Shown here one piece after another: positions 34,737-44,567 of a stretch of DNA of 64,000 bases; the first letter of the stretch is position 1; each line of letters opens with the position of its first letter. The DNA is taken from positions 43,306 to 107,305 of the forward strand of contig JAJPJW010000025.1 in assembly GCA_021324075.1 (NCBI GenBank), written 5' to 3'. Position numbers and translations under genes: made by a program. The notes beneath the pieces are model-generated. The model was not told where the DNA came from. It did not search any database and was given only the letters and a program-made list of their open reading frames with translations. The DNA comes from Pseudomonadota bacterium (GTDB taxonomy: Bacteria > Oederibacteriota > Muellerivitia > Muellerivitales > Muellerivitaceae).

Positions 34737-36778
34737 GCCGGGGGATAAAAGCTTTTGGGCCCGCCTTGTTTTCGAGGCTCCACCTGGGATGGCTGTTCCT
34801 CTTCTTTTCCGCCGCCCCGGCCTTCAGCCTGACGCCCATGGAATGGTTCAACAGCCTGGTGGCGGGGTCGGACGACCCTGGGTTCCGTGACGGCCCTTTT
34901 TACCGGGCCCAGTTCGACCACCCCGCGGGCCTGGCCCTGGACGCCGCCGGCGGGCGGCTCTTCGTGGCGGATGCCAACAACCACCGGATCCGGGTTGTCT
35001 ATTTAAACGAGCAAAACCGGGTGGAAACCCTGGCCGGTACGGGCCAACCGTTGGAGACGGACGGTCCCCTGGAAAAGGCTTCCTTCGGCATGCCCACGGC
35101 CCTGGCCTGGATTCCGCCGGACCGGCTGGCGGTGTATGACGACGGCAGCCGCCGGTTGAGGATGGTGGACCTGGGCAAGAAGGCCGTTACGACCCTGGGG
35201 GTGGACAACAAGGGGCAAGCGGTCACGGTGGGCGCCCTCTGGAGCCTGGTTTACCGGGCCCAGGACGACAGCCTTTATTTTTCCCTTCCGGCCGCCCATT
35301 CCATCCAAAAGTTGGATTTAAAGACCCAAACCTTCTCGACGCTTTTGGCCAATGAGGAACGCCTTCCCGCCCCGAAGGCCCTCTGTGCGGTCGGCAACAA
35401 GCTTTACGCGGCGGACCAGGATGGTTCGGCCATCTACGAGGTCGGATTGGATACCGCGGCCCAGCAGCCCCCGCTGGCCAAGGTCGGGAAGGGCCGTCAG
35501 GTCCTGGCCCTGGCGGAATCCAACGGCCTGCTCTATGCGCTCCAGGCCGGGGATGAGCCCTTGGCCCAGGTGGCCCCCGCTTACCGGCCCGTCAGCCTGG
35601 CAACCGCCTGGGGCCTCCTGCTGGAGAACCAAAACCCCGGGGCGCCCCCCTTTTTCCAGCTCAACGCCTTCCAACAGGCGGGCCTGGCGTCCTCCCCCCT
35701 GGAGCCGGGGAAACTTTTCATTGCGGGGCATGGGGTGAACCAGATCGTCAGCGTCAAGGACTACCATTTCGATACGACTTGGGGCGCCAGGTCCGTCACC
35801 GAAATGGGGGTGTTGTCCGATTTCACCTATCCGGAGGCCAAGCCCCCCAAAACCTTCCGGATCCTGGTGGTCGGGAATTCCCGGGCCATCACCGCCCCCG
35901 TCCTTGTTCCCGGAGCGGGGGAGAAGGGGTCCCGGGTGGACGCCGGCGCCCAGGGGGAGCTTTCCCTGAGGACGAACACCTTCCCCAAGCAGCTCGAGTT
36001 CCTCCTCAACGAGAAGGCCTCGCTGGAGGGGGTGGACCGGCATTTTGAGGTCCTGACGCTGGCCCATCCGGGACAGCCCACCCATTTTTTCGCCTATTAC
36101 GAGGTACCGGTCATCGCCCGCAAATACGACGCCGACCTGGTTTTCATCCTCGTTTCCCCCTTGAAGGAGCAGGACTACGCCGAATATTTCCTGCGGCCCC
36201 TGACCCCCGAGGGGATTCCCTCCCCCACCATCGACCCGGAATTTTTGCTGAAGCCCTTTTCGAAGCGCATTCCGGACGGGGCTCCCCGGCGATTTTTCGA
36301 GCATTGCCGCCAACAAGGCCTCATCCAGGTCCAAGATTCGGGGGCGGTCGGTTTCCCCTTCTTCGACGGCCTCCTGCGGGCCGCGGACCGGGAGACCCGG
36401 GACGGCTTGATTGAATTAACCGGCAGGCCCCTGGGGCTTTTGGCCCGGAAGATGGAAGGGACGAAGAACGCCGGGGGCGCGGCCGTGAAGTTTTTCCTTT
36501 GCTATACGCCGGCCTTTGACAACGGTTCGGCCCCCCTCGCGGACTATGAATCGTTCTGGGTGGACCTCTGCGCCCGGGAAAAAATCGACCTTTTGGATTT
36601 AACCGACCCCTATACGGCCCTGGAGACCAGCTTTTATCCCGCCAGCGAGGCCTGCTGCCACAACCATTACACGGCCTATGGGAACTATCTCATTGCCACG
36701 CTGTTGAGCTATTATTTACCCGAAAAAAAATGGATCCCTTTCGAACCGGCCCAAAACCGGGGTGAAAGGACCCCCTAA
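34733..36778 (+). CDS. Secreted NHL beta-propeller plus SGNH/AlgX-like domain protein (paralog 1; catalytic motifs degenerate)
   Basis: GTG start overlapping the MBOAT stop (GTGA), followed by a signal peptide. NHL units (LFVADANNHRIRVV). C-terminal domain FRILVVGNSRA (GNS in place of GDS) and YGNYL where the paralog has DGH. The track's longer N-terminal extension is rejected. Confidence 0.5.
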   Translation: MSRGIKAFGPALFSRLHLGWLFLFFSAAPAFSLTPMEWFNSLVAGSDDPGFRDGPFYRAQFDHPAGLALDAAGGRLFVADANNHRIRVVYLNEQNRVETLAGTGQPLETDGPLEKASFGMPTALAWIPPDRLAVYDDGSRRLRMVDLGKKAVTTLGVDNKGQAVTVGALWSLVYRAQDDSLYFSLPAAHSIQKLDLKTQTFSTLLANEERLPAPKALCAVGNKLYAADQDGSAIYEVGLDTAAQQPPLAKVGKGRQVLALAESNGLLYALQAGDEPLAQVAPAYRPVSLATAWGLLLENQNPGAPPFFQLNAFQQAGLASSPLEPGKLFIAGHGVNQIVSVKDYHFDTTWGARSVTEMGVLSDFTYPEAKPPKTFRILVVGNSRAITAPVLVPGAGEKGSRVDAGAQGELSLRTNTFPKQLEFLLNEKASLEGVDRHFEVLTLAHPGQPTHFFAYYEVPVIARKYDADLVFILVSPLKEQDYAEYFLRPLTPEGIPSPTIDPEFLLKPFSKRIPDGAPRRFFEHCRQQGLIQVQDSGAVGFPFFDGLLRAADRETRDGLIELTGRPLGLLARKMEGTKNAGGAAVKFFLCYTPAFDNGSAPLADYESFWVDLCAREKIDLLDLTDPYTALETSFYPASEACCHNHYTAYGNYLIATLLSYYLPEKKWIPFEPAQNRGERTP

Positions 36779-36789
36779 GGGAAGCCCCT

Positions 36790-37302
36790 ATGAAAAAAAA
36801 TATCTTTCTGTTGATGCTGTTCTGCGCCGGAACGCTTCGGGCCCAGGGGACGGACCCGACCCCCGGGGCCTCCCATTACACCACCCCGACCCCCGTCGTG
36901 ATCCAAAAGTGGAGCATGTCCGCCATCCCATGGGACAACTGGTTCAAGTCCAACCCTTACAACATCACCGTCACCGACAAGACCGACTATGTCCATTTCA
37001 TGTGGAACGCCTGGGACTTTAAGGCCGCCTTCGAAGTGAAGGACAAAAAACCGCGGCTCTCCCAATCCGTGCTCCAACTGGTTTTGCGGCTTTACCCTCC
37101 GGACGCCAAGGCCGACCTGGTGAAAGTGGATGTGGTCTACGCCCCGGAGGATGAATACTACGGCACGCCCCATTGGGACAGCCTCCAACAGGTCGCCCAT
37201 TTCGAGTTCCTCAAATCCAAGGCCTTGAAGGCCTTCAAGGGGAAAAAGGACCCACCTCCCGCGGCCCTCCAAAAGGCCTTCGACCAGGCGGTGTTCTATT
37301 GA
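36790..37302 (+). CDS. Secreted hypothetical protein (signal peptide, 170 aa)
   Basis: MKKNIFLLMLFCAGTLRAQG signal peptide. Stop overlaps the next gene's ATG by 1 nt. Confidence 0.45.
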   Translation: MKKNIFLLMLFCAGTLRAQGTDPTPGASHYTTPTPVVIQKWSMSAIPWDNWFKSNPYNITVTDKTDYVHFMWNAWDFKAAFEVKDKKPRLSQSVLQLVLRLYPPDAKADLVKVDVVYAPEDEYYGTPHWDSLQQVAHFEFLKSKALKAFKGKKDPPPAALQKAFDQAVFY

Positions 37303-39272
37303 TGAAAGGATTCCTACTATTTCTTTTTTGCTGCCTGTTGCCGCCCAGAACTTGGGCACTCCTTCCCCTGCAAACCTACGAGGACCTGGCGGCGGGGAGC
37401 CCGGCCATGGGTTACCAAGACGGGCCCTTTTATGCGGCCCTTTTTCACGGGCCCCAAGGGCTGGCTTTTAATACCGATGGAACCCTGCTCTACGTCGCCG
37501 ACGGGGAGAACCATTGCATCCGGGTGGTGGACCGGGGCAAGGGCAACCTGGTTTCGACCCTCACCGGCGGCGGAAAAGCGGGCTATGCGGACGGCCCCCT
37601 CGCCGCCGCCCTTTTCAGCCATCCCACCCTCCTGCTTTTCCTGCCCGGCCAGCAGCTCGTCGTTTATGACGAAGGCAATGCCCGGCTGCGGTTGGTCGAC
37701 CTCGCCCAAAAGACCGTGACGACCCTGGCGGGGGACGGCGAGCCGGGATTGAGCGACGGCCCGGGTGCCAAGGCCTCCCTGGGGAACCTCTCGGGCATGG
37801 CTTATCTTCCTTCCCGCGGGGGGGTCTATTTTTCCAGCTTCGGGGCGCTTCGGAAGGTCGACTTTAAAACAGGACAGGTTTCCACGGTTTTCCGCGGCAA
37901 GGCCGAAGTGCCAGCACTTGGGGCCATGACAGTGGACCAGGGCCGGCTTTACCTGGCGGATGGGACATCGGGGCAGGTGTACCAGCTGACACCCAAGGAA
38001 AAATTCGACCGGGAAGATGAAACTTCCTTCGATTGGCAGCCTTTTGCCAAGGGCCAGGCCATCGGCCAAATGGCCTTCTCCGACGGCGTCCTTTACGCCG
38101 TACAGCGCGGCGGCGCCCCCTTCCTGGCGCGGTTGACGCCCCAATACCAGCCTGTCACCTTCGTTTCCCTATGGGGGGACGAGCAGTCCCAAAGCGTCGG
38201 TTCCAACCCCCTGCTGGGGGGCGAGGGGGAGGGAAACCCCTGTTTCCTTGCGCCCGACCCCCTGTCGCCCCGCAAACTCTATTTCTCCCATCCGGGCGCC
38301 AACATGGTCACCTCCTACCGCGATCTTTTCCTGGAGGAGTTCAAGGATTCGGAATCGGAGAACCCGGAGGGATTGACGGATTTCCGTTATCCCACCGCCA
38401 AGCCTCCGGGAACCTTCCGTATCCTGTTGGTCGGGGATTCCCACACCTTCCACCAATATCCCGACGACGTCAAAAAGAGGGGTTGGAACGCCTTCAACCG
38501 GTTCGCCATCCTTCCCAAAAGGGCGGAGGAAACCCTCAACACCTTGGCGGCCCTGCAGGATGTCCCTTGGCATTACGAAGTCCTGCATTACGGGGAAGTT
38601 TCAGGAAATCACCTGAACCTCTGGCCCTATTACGTCGTGCCGAGGCTCGCAAAGAAATTCGATGTGGACCTGGTGGTCATCATGTATTCACCCGATTTCG
38701 ACCTGGGCCCCTTCTATGATTACCCCTATTCGGCCGAGGGCATTCCGGTGGAAAAGCAGGACAACGAGTTTTTGCTCAAACCAGTCGAACAGCGCATCCA
38801 GGGGGGACTGCCCCGCGAACTCTTCGACTATTGCAAGGCCCACGAGCTTGTCAAGGTCATCAATCACCAGGCCCAATTCGCCCCCTTTGACAGGATCTCC
38901 GGGGACCCCCAGGCCGCGGAGAAATTGATCCAGTTGACCGCGCGGCCCCTGAAGTTATTGGACGAGAAATTAAACGGGATGAAAACCAGCACCGGGGCAC
39001 CCGTCCGGCTGGAAATGGTCCGCTTCCCCTTGGGCCGATTTCCAGGTCCCTATGAAGGAGACCAGGCTTATTGGGGGAAATATATGAAAGAGATCAACGC
39101 GCCCCTGTTGGATTTGACTGCCGCCATGAGCATATTGCGGTTCAGCTATTACCCCCTTTCCCAAGTGGGGGGCTACGACCACTTCAACGCGGACGGGCAT
39201 CTGTTGATGGGTTTCCTGCTGGCGGAAGAGCTGATCCGTGAAAAGCTCATTCCTTTTGAACCGGCAAAATAA
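37302..39272 (+). CDS. Secreted NHL beta-propeller plus SGNH/AlgX-like O-acyltransferase/esterase candidate (paralog 2; motifs intact)
   Basis: Signal peptide MKGFLLFLFCCLL. NHL units (LYVADGENHCIRVV). C-terminal FRILLVGDSHT (GDSH block I) and YDHFNADGHLL (D-x-H). Ends LIPFEPAK, like paralog 1. Confidence 0.6.
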   Translation: MKGFLLFLFCCLLPPRTWALLPLQTYEDLAAGSPAMGYQDGPFYAALFHGPQGLAFNTDGTLLYVADGENHCIRVVDRGKGNLVSTLTGGGKAGYADGPLAAALFSHPTLLLFLPGQQLVVYDEGNARLRLVDLAQKTVTTLAGDGEPGLSDGPGAKASLGNLSGMAYLPSRGGVYFSSFGALRKVDFKTGQVSTVFRGKAEVPALGAMTVDQGRLYLADGTSGQVYQLTPKEKFDREDETSFDWQPFAKGQAIGQMAFSDGVLYAVQRGGAPFLARLTPQYQPVTFVSLWGDEQSQSVGSNPLLGGEGEGNPCFLAPDPLSPRKLYFSHPGANMVTSYRDLFLEEFKDSESENPEGLTDFRYPTAKPPGTFRILLVGDSHTFHQYPDDVKKRGWNAFNRFAILPKRAEETLNTLAALQDVPWHYEVLHYGEVSGNHLNLWPYYVVPRLAKKFDVDLVVIMYSPDFDLGPFYDYPYSAEGIPVEKQDNEFLLKPVEQRIQGGLPRELFDYCKAHELVKVINHQAQFAPFDRISGDPQAAEKLIQLTARPLKLLDEKLNGMKTSTGAPVRLEMVRFPLGRFPGPYEGDQAYWGKYMKEINAPLLDLTAAMSILRFSYYPLSQVGGYDHFNADGHLLMGFLLAEELIREKLIPFEPAK

Positions 39273-39533
39273 CGCCACTGTTCCACTCTTGAACCGAATA
39301 GGACGGTGACCTCCCCGGGGATGGGGATGGTCCTGAGTCTCCCTGTTCGCGACAAAATAGGAACTCATAAATATCTTTAATGTTAAATTTGCGGATTTCC
39401 TTTTGGAATAAGGCCAATTTGCCCCTTTTTTCCTTTGGGAAACCGGTATCCCTCTCTATAGAATCCATTCCACCGGTAGGGTGCTTTTAAGGATGTTGGA
39501 ACAGCCCGCCTATTTTGTCCAAGGAGTTTAGCC

Positions 39534-40727
39534 ATGAAATTCAAAATCCCGGGTATCGCCCTTCTCCTCGTCACTTCCATTCTTTTTGTCATCAGCTGTT
39601 CGAGCAATAACAACAATCCCTCCGCACCCGCCGCCCCCACGCCGACCTTTACGCCCCCCTGCGTGAACGCCAGCAACACCCCCTGCACCTCGACCTTCAC
39701 CGCCACGCCGACCAATACGGGGACCGCCACCCCGACCGGTACGCCGACCAGCACGGCAACCGTTACCGACACCCGCACTCCCACGGCCACAACCACCAAT
39801 ACGGGGACTTCGACGTCGACGGCCACCATTACCAATACTGCCACACTGACTGCGACGGCCACCATTACGGACACGCCCACCGTGACCCCGACCGCAACCA
39901 TCACCAGCACGCCCACCGACACCCCGCTGGTCACTTCGACGGCCACTTCGACAGCGAGCAGCACCCCCAGCAACACGCCGACTTCCACCAGCACGAATTG
40001 CACGGGGAACCCGACTCCTACGAACACGGTCGTGGCTTCCAACGGGATCGCCATGCATGTGACTTATAGCGGTGTCGGAACGGTCAGTGCCAGCAACCCC
40101 ATTTACGTCTATCTTACGGATACCTTTGGAAGCGGCGCCTCTTTCCAGGCGGTGCGGTTCATTGATACCAACAGCGGCGGAATCACCATTTACGGCATGA
40201 ACACCGGAACCTATTACCTGGCGATGTTCTATAACGCCGCGGGCGACGGGCATTTTTACCAAGGCGGGGGCGGCGTCAAGCCCCATGTGGGGGACCAGGC
40301 CCAGTTCCTCGGCGTTTCCAGCGGCTGCAACCCCTCCGGCGCCACGGCCCTCAGCGTGGCCGGCGGCGTTACCAACATTGGAACCGTGAGCTTCACGGGC
40401 GGCGGCCTTTGGGGCTTCGGAGGAACCTTGACCTACAATGGAAGCGTGGGAGGAACGGTGAGCACTTGCAATCCGCTCTGCGTGGGCTTCTATACGGACA
40501 GCGGCTATACCGCCCAAGACACCAACCAGCTTAATTTCACCAATGGCTCCCGCTATGACCTGAACACTTTCGACATCGGAGGCGGGTGCAGCACTGCCAG
40601 CGCCTATGTCCAAGCCTGGTACGCCAAGAGCGGCAATACGGGAAGCCCCCAAGCCGGCGATTCCGTGACCCAATTGGGATTGGTGGCTAACTCCGCCGTT
40701 ACGAACCTCAACATCACCATTCCTTAA
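39534..40727 (+). CDS. Lipoprotein with long Thr/Pro-rich linker and C-terminal beta-rich domain
   Basis: Lipobox-like FVISC after a signal peptide. ~120 aa of (T/P/A/S)-rich low complexity encoded by ACC/ACG-rich DNA at 39650-40010. Confidence 0.5.
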   Translation: MKFKIPGIALLLVTSILFVISCSSNNNNPSAPAAPTPTFTPPCVNASNTPCTSTFTATPTNTGTATPTGTPTSTATVTDTRTPTATTTNTGTSTSTATITNTATLTATATITDTPTVTPTATITSTPTDTPLVTSTATSTASSTPSNTPTSTSTNCTGNPTPTNTVVASNGIAMHVTYSGVGTVSASNPIYVYLTDTFGSGASFQAVRFIDTNSGGITIYGMNTGTYYLAMFYNAAGDGHFYQGGGGVKPHVGDQAQFLGVSSGCNPSGATALSVAGGVTNIGTVSFTGGGLWGFGGTLTYNGSVGGTVSTCNPLCVGFYTDSGYTAQDTNQLNFTNGSRYDLNTFDIGGGCSTASAYVQAWYAKSGNTGSPQAGDSVTQLGLVANSAVTNLNITIP

Positions 40728-40899
40728 TCCATCAACCGTCGAACTGTTTTAAAAGCCCGGGTCAGAGACCTGGGCTTTTTTATTTTTGGCCTTCAGAACG
40801 GTTGAAGCGTAACCCATTAAAACCTAACAAATAATAAACATTTCCCTTGGTTAAACGGATATAATTCGTCCAACTAATCGGGTATCCCCAGGAGGATTT

Positions 40900-41706
40900 A
40901 TGAAAAAGTCTTCAACTGTGATTTCGGTTTTGGCCGCAACGGCTTTCTTAATGGCCAATGCCAAGACCCTGGCGGATGATTCAACGCCTTCGGCCTCCTC
41001 GACACCTTCCTCCAAATCCACCAAGTCTAAAAAGAAGAAATCCTCCGCGACTCCCACTCCCCAGGTGACCGTCGTTGCTACGACTCCGGCCGCTCCCTCA
41101 ACGACCCCCACCCCCTTGCCCAAGGCCACTGCCACCCCCACTCCCGCTCCGGCGGCTTCCGCCGCTCCGTCGCTTTTCTCCGGTAATGCCCGGCTTTACG
41201 ACCGCGTGGGCGCTCCGGGGGACTTACAAAAGGCCGTCTCCACCGCGGCCCGCGTCATCGGTTCGGGTTCCTCGAAACACGACCGGTCGGTTTTCCTGTG
41301 GCTGGGAAGGGTGACGAACGGCAGTGACTACCAAAAAGATAATTCCTACATCCGGTTCAACCTGGAAGGCGTGGCCTTTGCCGGTCCCAAGAAGCCGTCC
41401 CTGGTCCTGACGGGCACGGTCTTCGACCAGTCGGGAAGCAACTGCAAATCCGGCGACCCCATTTCGGTGGCCGTGGATTTCCGCCAGATCCGGGTGGACT
41501 ACGAAGGCACCAAATTGGGCGAGGTGAACAAGGGCAACGACATCGCCGACCAAGTGTTCGCCATCCTCAACGATCGTGCCGCCTACCAATGGGTGGTGAT
41601 CGCCCAGGACCAAGTCAGTGACGCCCAGGAATCCATGGGAGTACCGACCTTCGTGGTCAAGGCCCAGGAAGGCTACGCTTTCCTCTCCAGTACCTCCAAC
41701 CACTGA
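40900..41706 (+). CDS. Secreted protein with Lys/Ser/Thr/Pro-rich N-terminal linker; hypothetical
   Basis: Signal peptide MKKSSTVISVLAATAFLMANA; PT-rich region; globular C-terminal domain. Confidence 0.45.
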   Translation: MKKSSTVISVLAATAFLMANAKTLADDSTPSASSTPSSKSTKSKKKKSSATPTPQVTVVATTPAAPSTTPTPLPKATATPTPAPAASAAPSLFSGNARLYDRVGAPGDLQKAVSTAARVIGSGSSKHDRSVFLWLGRVTNGSDYQKDNSYIRFNLEGVAFAGPKKPSLVLTGTVFDQSGSNCKSGDPISVAVDFRQIRVDYEGTKLGEVNKGNDIADQVFAILNDRAAYQWVVIAQDQVSDAQESMGVPTFVVKAQEGYAFLSSTSNH

Positions 41707-41707
41707 G

Positions 41708-43228
41708 ATGGACATGAAAAAAGACCTTTTTAAACTCCTGCGCCAAGGGGCCGTATTGGTGCTCCTGGCCTGCCCGGCTTGGGCCTCGGCCCTGGGGCTT
41801 CCTTTTGGCTCCCCGCCCCTGGTCATCGAGGCCAAGGGCATGGGCAATGCGGTGGTGGCGGACGGCAGCTTGTTCAACGCCACCGCCTATAACCCCGCCC
41901 TGCTTGAAAGCATGAGCGACTTCGGGGAAGTGCACCTGGAACTCAACTTGGGCAACGATCCGCTCGGCATCATCGATTATTTGACCAACCATTACAACAT
42001 CCAGAACCTACAAGATGCGGTCAGCAATGTTCGCCCAGCTTTCAACCAAATCAATGACGCCCTCAACCTTTCCAACCATGGCGGTTCGGTGGACGTCAAT
42101 GAATACAACCAGGGTGTAGACGGCCTTCAAAACGCCGTCACCAACATCCAGACGGCCATTTCAAAATTGACCAACAAAACCCTCCAGGTCGGCGCGGGCC
42201 TTCAACTGGCTTTCAAGATCGACGACAATTGGGGTTTCCAGGCTTACAACACGTCCCAAGCGGCTTTTTATGTGGGCCGTGGGAATCTGATCCCGTCCCT
42301 GCTGGCGCTTCTATCGCTTCCTAAAATGCAAGGTTCCAGCAACACCCAGATCCAAGCGGCTGCGGTTTCGATGTACAACAATACTTCTTCGGTTGTGAAC
42401 GCCTTCTTAACCCCTTCCCAACAACAGCAATTGAACGCCGCCGTAACAACGTTCCAGGGAAAATCCTCGCCCACCAATACAGACGTCCAGAATTTCACCA
42501 ACAGCGTCAATAGCGTGCTGTCCAGTATCGATACCCAGACTTCCCAGCAAGCCCTTTTCGACGACATCGCCCCGATCACGGCGTTGGTTTATTCCGATAC
42601 GGTCCTGATGGCCACTTATTGCACGAGGCCCTTGGAGAGTGATGGGAATCTCACAACCGGGATCAACGTCAAGGCGGTCAACCGGCGGATCGCTTCCGTC
42701 AATTCGCCCTTCCTGGCCACGCAAAACACCAGCAAGTTCTCGGATATCGGGGATGATCTCAAGAACGATATCGAGCAATCCACCTGGCGCTGGGGGGTGG
42801 ACCTGGGCTTCCTCTACAACTTCGACGACCCCAAGGTGGCGGTGGGAGCTTCGGCTACCGACCTGATCCATTCGACGGCCACACTGAACACGAACCCCAG
42901 CGACCCCCTTTATGGGTTGGTCACCGATTCGGCGCCCACGGTGTTGCGGATTGGGGCTTCTTACAAGCCCATGCCGGAGCTGACCGTGAACGCGGACATC
43001 GACGACCTATTCGGTAATACCTCTTATTACCAGGGCCTGGACGCTTTTTCCCACGTCGATTTCGGCTTCAACTACAACCTATTGGGAATCCTGCAGCTGC
43101 GGGGCGGCGTGACCAACGACAACCTCTGCGGCGGGCTCGGTCTTCCCTTCGGAATCCAATACGCCTTCGCGGTCGACAACCTCACCCAAAGCTATAACCA
43201 TTACCTGCAGTTCGACGTGGCCTTCTAA
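41708..43228 (+). CDS. Outer-membrane beta-barrel protein candidate (TraF/FadL-like fold?)
   Basis: Signal peptide. N-terminal AKGMGNAVVADG...YNPAL motif. C-terminal alternating strands ending in YLQFDVAF with a terminal Phe. The track ORF starts at 41618; ATG chosen just after the upstream stop. Confidence 0.45.
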   Translation: MDMKKDLFKLLRQGAVLVLLACPAWASALGLPFGSPPLVIEAKGMGNAVVADGSLFNATAYNPALLESMSDFGEVHLELNLGNDPLGIIDYLTNHYNIQNLQDAVSNVRPAFNQINDALNLSNHGGSVDVNEYNQGVDGLQNAVTNIQTAISKLTNKTLQVGAGLQLAFKIDDNWGFQAYNTSQAAFYVGRGNLIPSLLALLSLPKMQGSSNTQIQAAAVSMYNNTSSVVNAFLTPSQQQQLNAAVTTFQGKSSPTNTDVQNFTNSVNSVLSSIDTQTSQQALFDDIAPITALVYSDTVLMATYCTRPLESDGNLTTGINVKAVNRRIASVNSPFLATQNTSKFSDIGDDLKNDIEQSTWRWGVDLGFLYNFDDPKVAVGASATDLIHSTATLNTNPSDPLYGLVTDSAPTVLRIGASYKPMPELTVNADIDDLFGNTSYYQGLDAFSHVDFGFNYNLLGILQLRGGVTNDNLCGGLGLPFGIQYAFAVDNLTQSYNHYLQFDVAF

Positions 43229-43447
43229 AGCAATAGGGAAGCACAACTCCCCGATTCAGCACAAACCCGGCCCATTTAGGGCGGGTTTTTGTTTCTTGCA
43301 ACCCTTTTTGTTTCCGAATAAACTACGACCCCTTAAAACCCTTGGTTTTCTCACAAGGATAAGGACATTTATCCATTAGAGCCTCGCTCTAAGGATTAAA
43401 TACCGATTCGGTTTTAAGCTGGCCTCCGGCCAGTGTTTTTTGATATC

Positions 43448-43524
43448 GGACATTTAGCTCAGCTGGTTAGAGCGTCGCGTTCACATCGCGAAGGTCACTG
43501 GTTCAAATCCAGTAATGTCCACCA
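43448..43524 (+). tRNA. tRNA-Val (anticodon CAC), CCA encoded
   Basis: Cloverleaf: acceptor GGACATT/AATGTCC, D-arm AGCTCAGCTGGTTAGAGC, anticodon stem TCGCG/CGCGA with loop TTCACAT, T-arm GGTTCAAATCC, discriminator A plus CCA. Confidence 0.85.
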
Positions 43525-43526
43525 CA

Positions 43527-43566
43527 TGAACCGCCCTCCCTCAGGGGGAAGGGCGGTTTTTTTATT
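43527..43566 (+). terminator. Rho-independent terminator after tRNA-Val
   Basis: ACCGCCCTTCCCCTCAGGGGGAAGGGCGG hairpin followed by TTTTTTTATT. Confidence 0.6.
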
Positions 43567-43632
43567 GGGGCATTGCTGGATTTGGACCAGGTCCCCCATG
43601 ACGCCCCTGCCGGCTTTTGTTAAAATAGCCCC

Positions 43633-44322
43633 ATGTGCTCCCGCTTCGTGCTGAAAAGCCCGCCGAAGGCCATCGCCAACCTTTTCAAGCTGGAAAAAAC
43701 CGCCGATTGGAAGCCCCGCTACAACGTCGCCCCCTCCCACATCATCCCGGTGGTTACCCGCGACCTGGATAAGAAAGAGCGCGAGCTCAAGATGATCCAA
43801 TGGGGTTTCGTGGCCTCCTGGACCCAGGGCGGCCGGCTTTTAGTGAACATCCAAAGCGAGAATATCGGCGAGAAGCCCATCCTGCAGGAGTCCTTCGAGA
43901 AGTGGAGGTGCCTGATCCCGGTGGACGGTTTTTACGAATGGCGGCACCAGGCCAAGGAGACCCACCCCTATTACATCCGGATGAAGGACCGGAAGCCCTT
44001 CGCCCTGGCCGGGCTTTGGGCCCCCCAAAAGCTGGAGGACAAAGCCCAGGACGTTTGCGCCATCCTGACGACGATGCCCAATGACGTGGTGCGGGTGGTC
44101 CACGACCGCATGCCCGTGATCGTGGGGCCGAAGGACTATGACCTGTGGTTGAATTCGGACGATGTGAGGAACTTCAAGGAGATCGAGAAGCTTTTCAGGC
44201 CCCACCCGCCGGAGGAGATGGAAGCCTACCAGGTGGGCGCCTGGGTGAACAAGGTCACCCACGACGATGAGAGGTGCATCGAGCCTTCCAGCGAGCCGGA
44301 AACCCTACCCTTCAATTTCTAA
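43633..44322 (+). CDS. SOS response-associated peptidase (SRAP/YedK/HMCES family)
   Basis: N-terminal MCSRF (catalytic Cys2). Conserved ...WKPRYNVAP...IPVDGFYEW... core. Confidence 0.8.
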   Translation: MCSRFVLKSPPKAIANLFKLEKTADWKPRYNVAPSHIIPVVTRDLDKKERELKMIQWGFVASWTQGGRLLVNIQSENIGEKPILQESFEKWRCLIPVDGFYEWRHQAKETHPYYIRMKDRKPFALAGLWAPQKLEDKAQDVCAILTTMPNDVVRVVHDRMPVIVGPKDYDLWLNSDDVRNFKEIEKLFRPHPPEEMEAYQVGAWVNKVTHDDERCIEPSSEPETLPFNF

Positions 44323-44567
44323 CAGGGTGTAGGGAAAATGTCGTTCACCCTGTCGACAGCCACGGGCTACCCTCATTTTCATTTGTTGTATCGGGCTATG
44401 CCCGGTGAAGGTAATGAGGGTGATACAGTTCTCAATACTTGGGCCGAAGGCCCAATGAGTAAAGAAAAACTGCATATGAGCGAATCGATTTTTATCCCCT
44501 TCATCCCAAGGGGATTATTCGCGACTAAGATACGAAAAACATTCCTTTTGAGTTTTTCATCATGCTG

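Noticed and set aside
39650-40010. Tandem DNA repeat / low-complexity region
   Set aside because: It is the coding sequence of a Thr/Pro-rich linker (ACC/ACG/CCC codon runs) inside a lipoprotein ORF, not a non-coding satellite. A similar region in the next gene (40990-41170) has the same explanation.
43448-44322. tRNA-Val as integration site of a genomic island
   Set aside because: No integrase gene and no direct repeat of the tRNA 3' end were seen by eye downstream. The following genes (SRAP, queD, nadE) are host-like in composition. Only the 245-bp spacer at 44323-44567 is anomalous and is reported separately.
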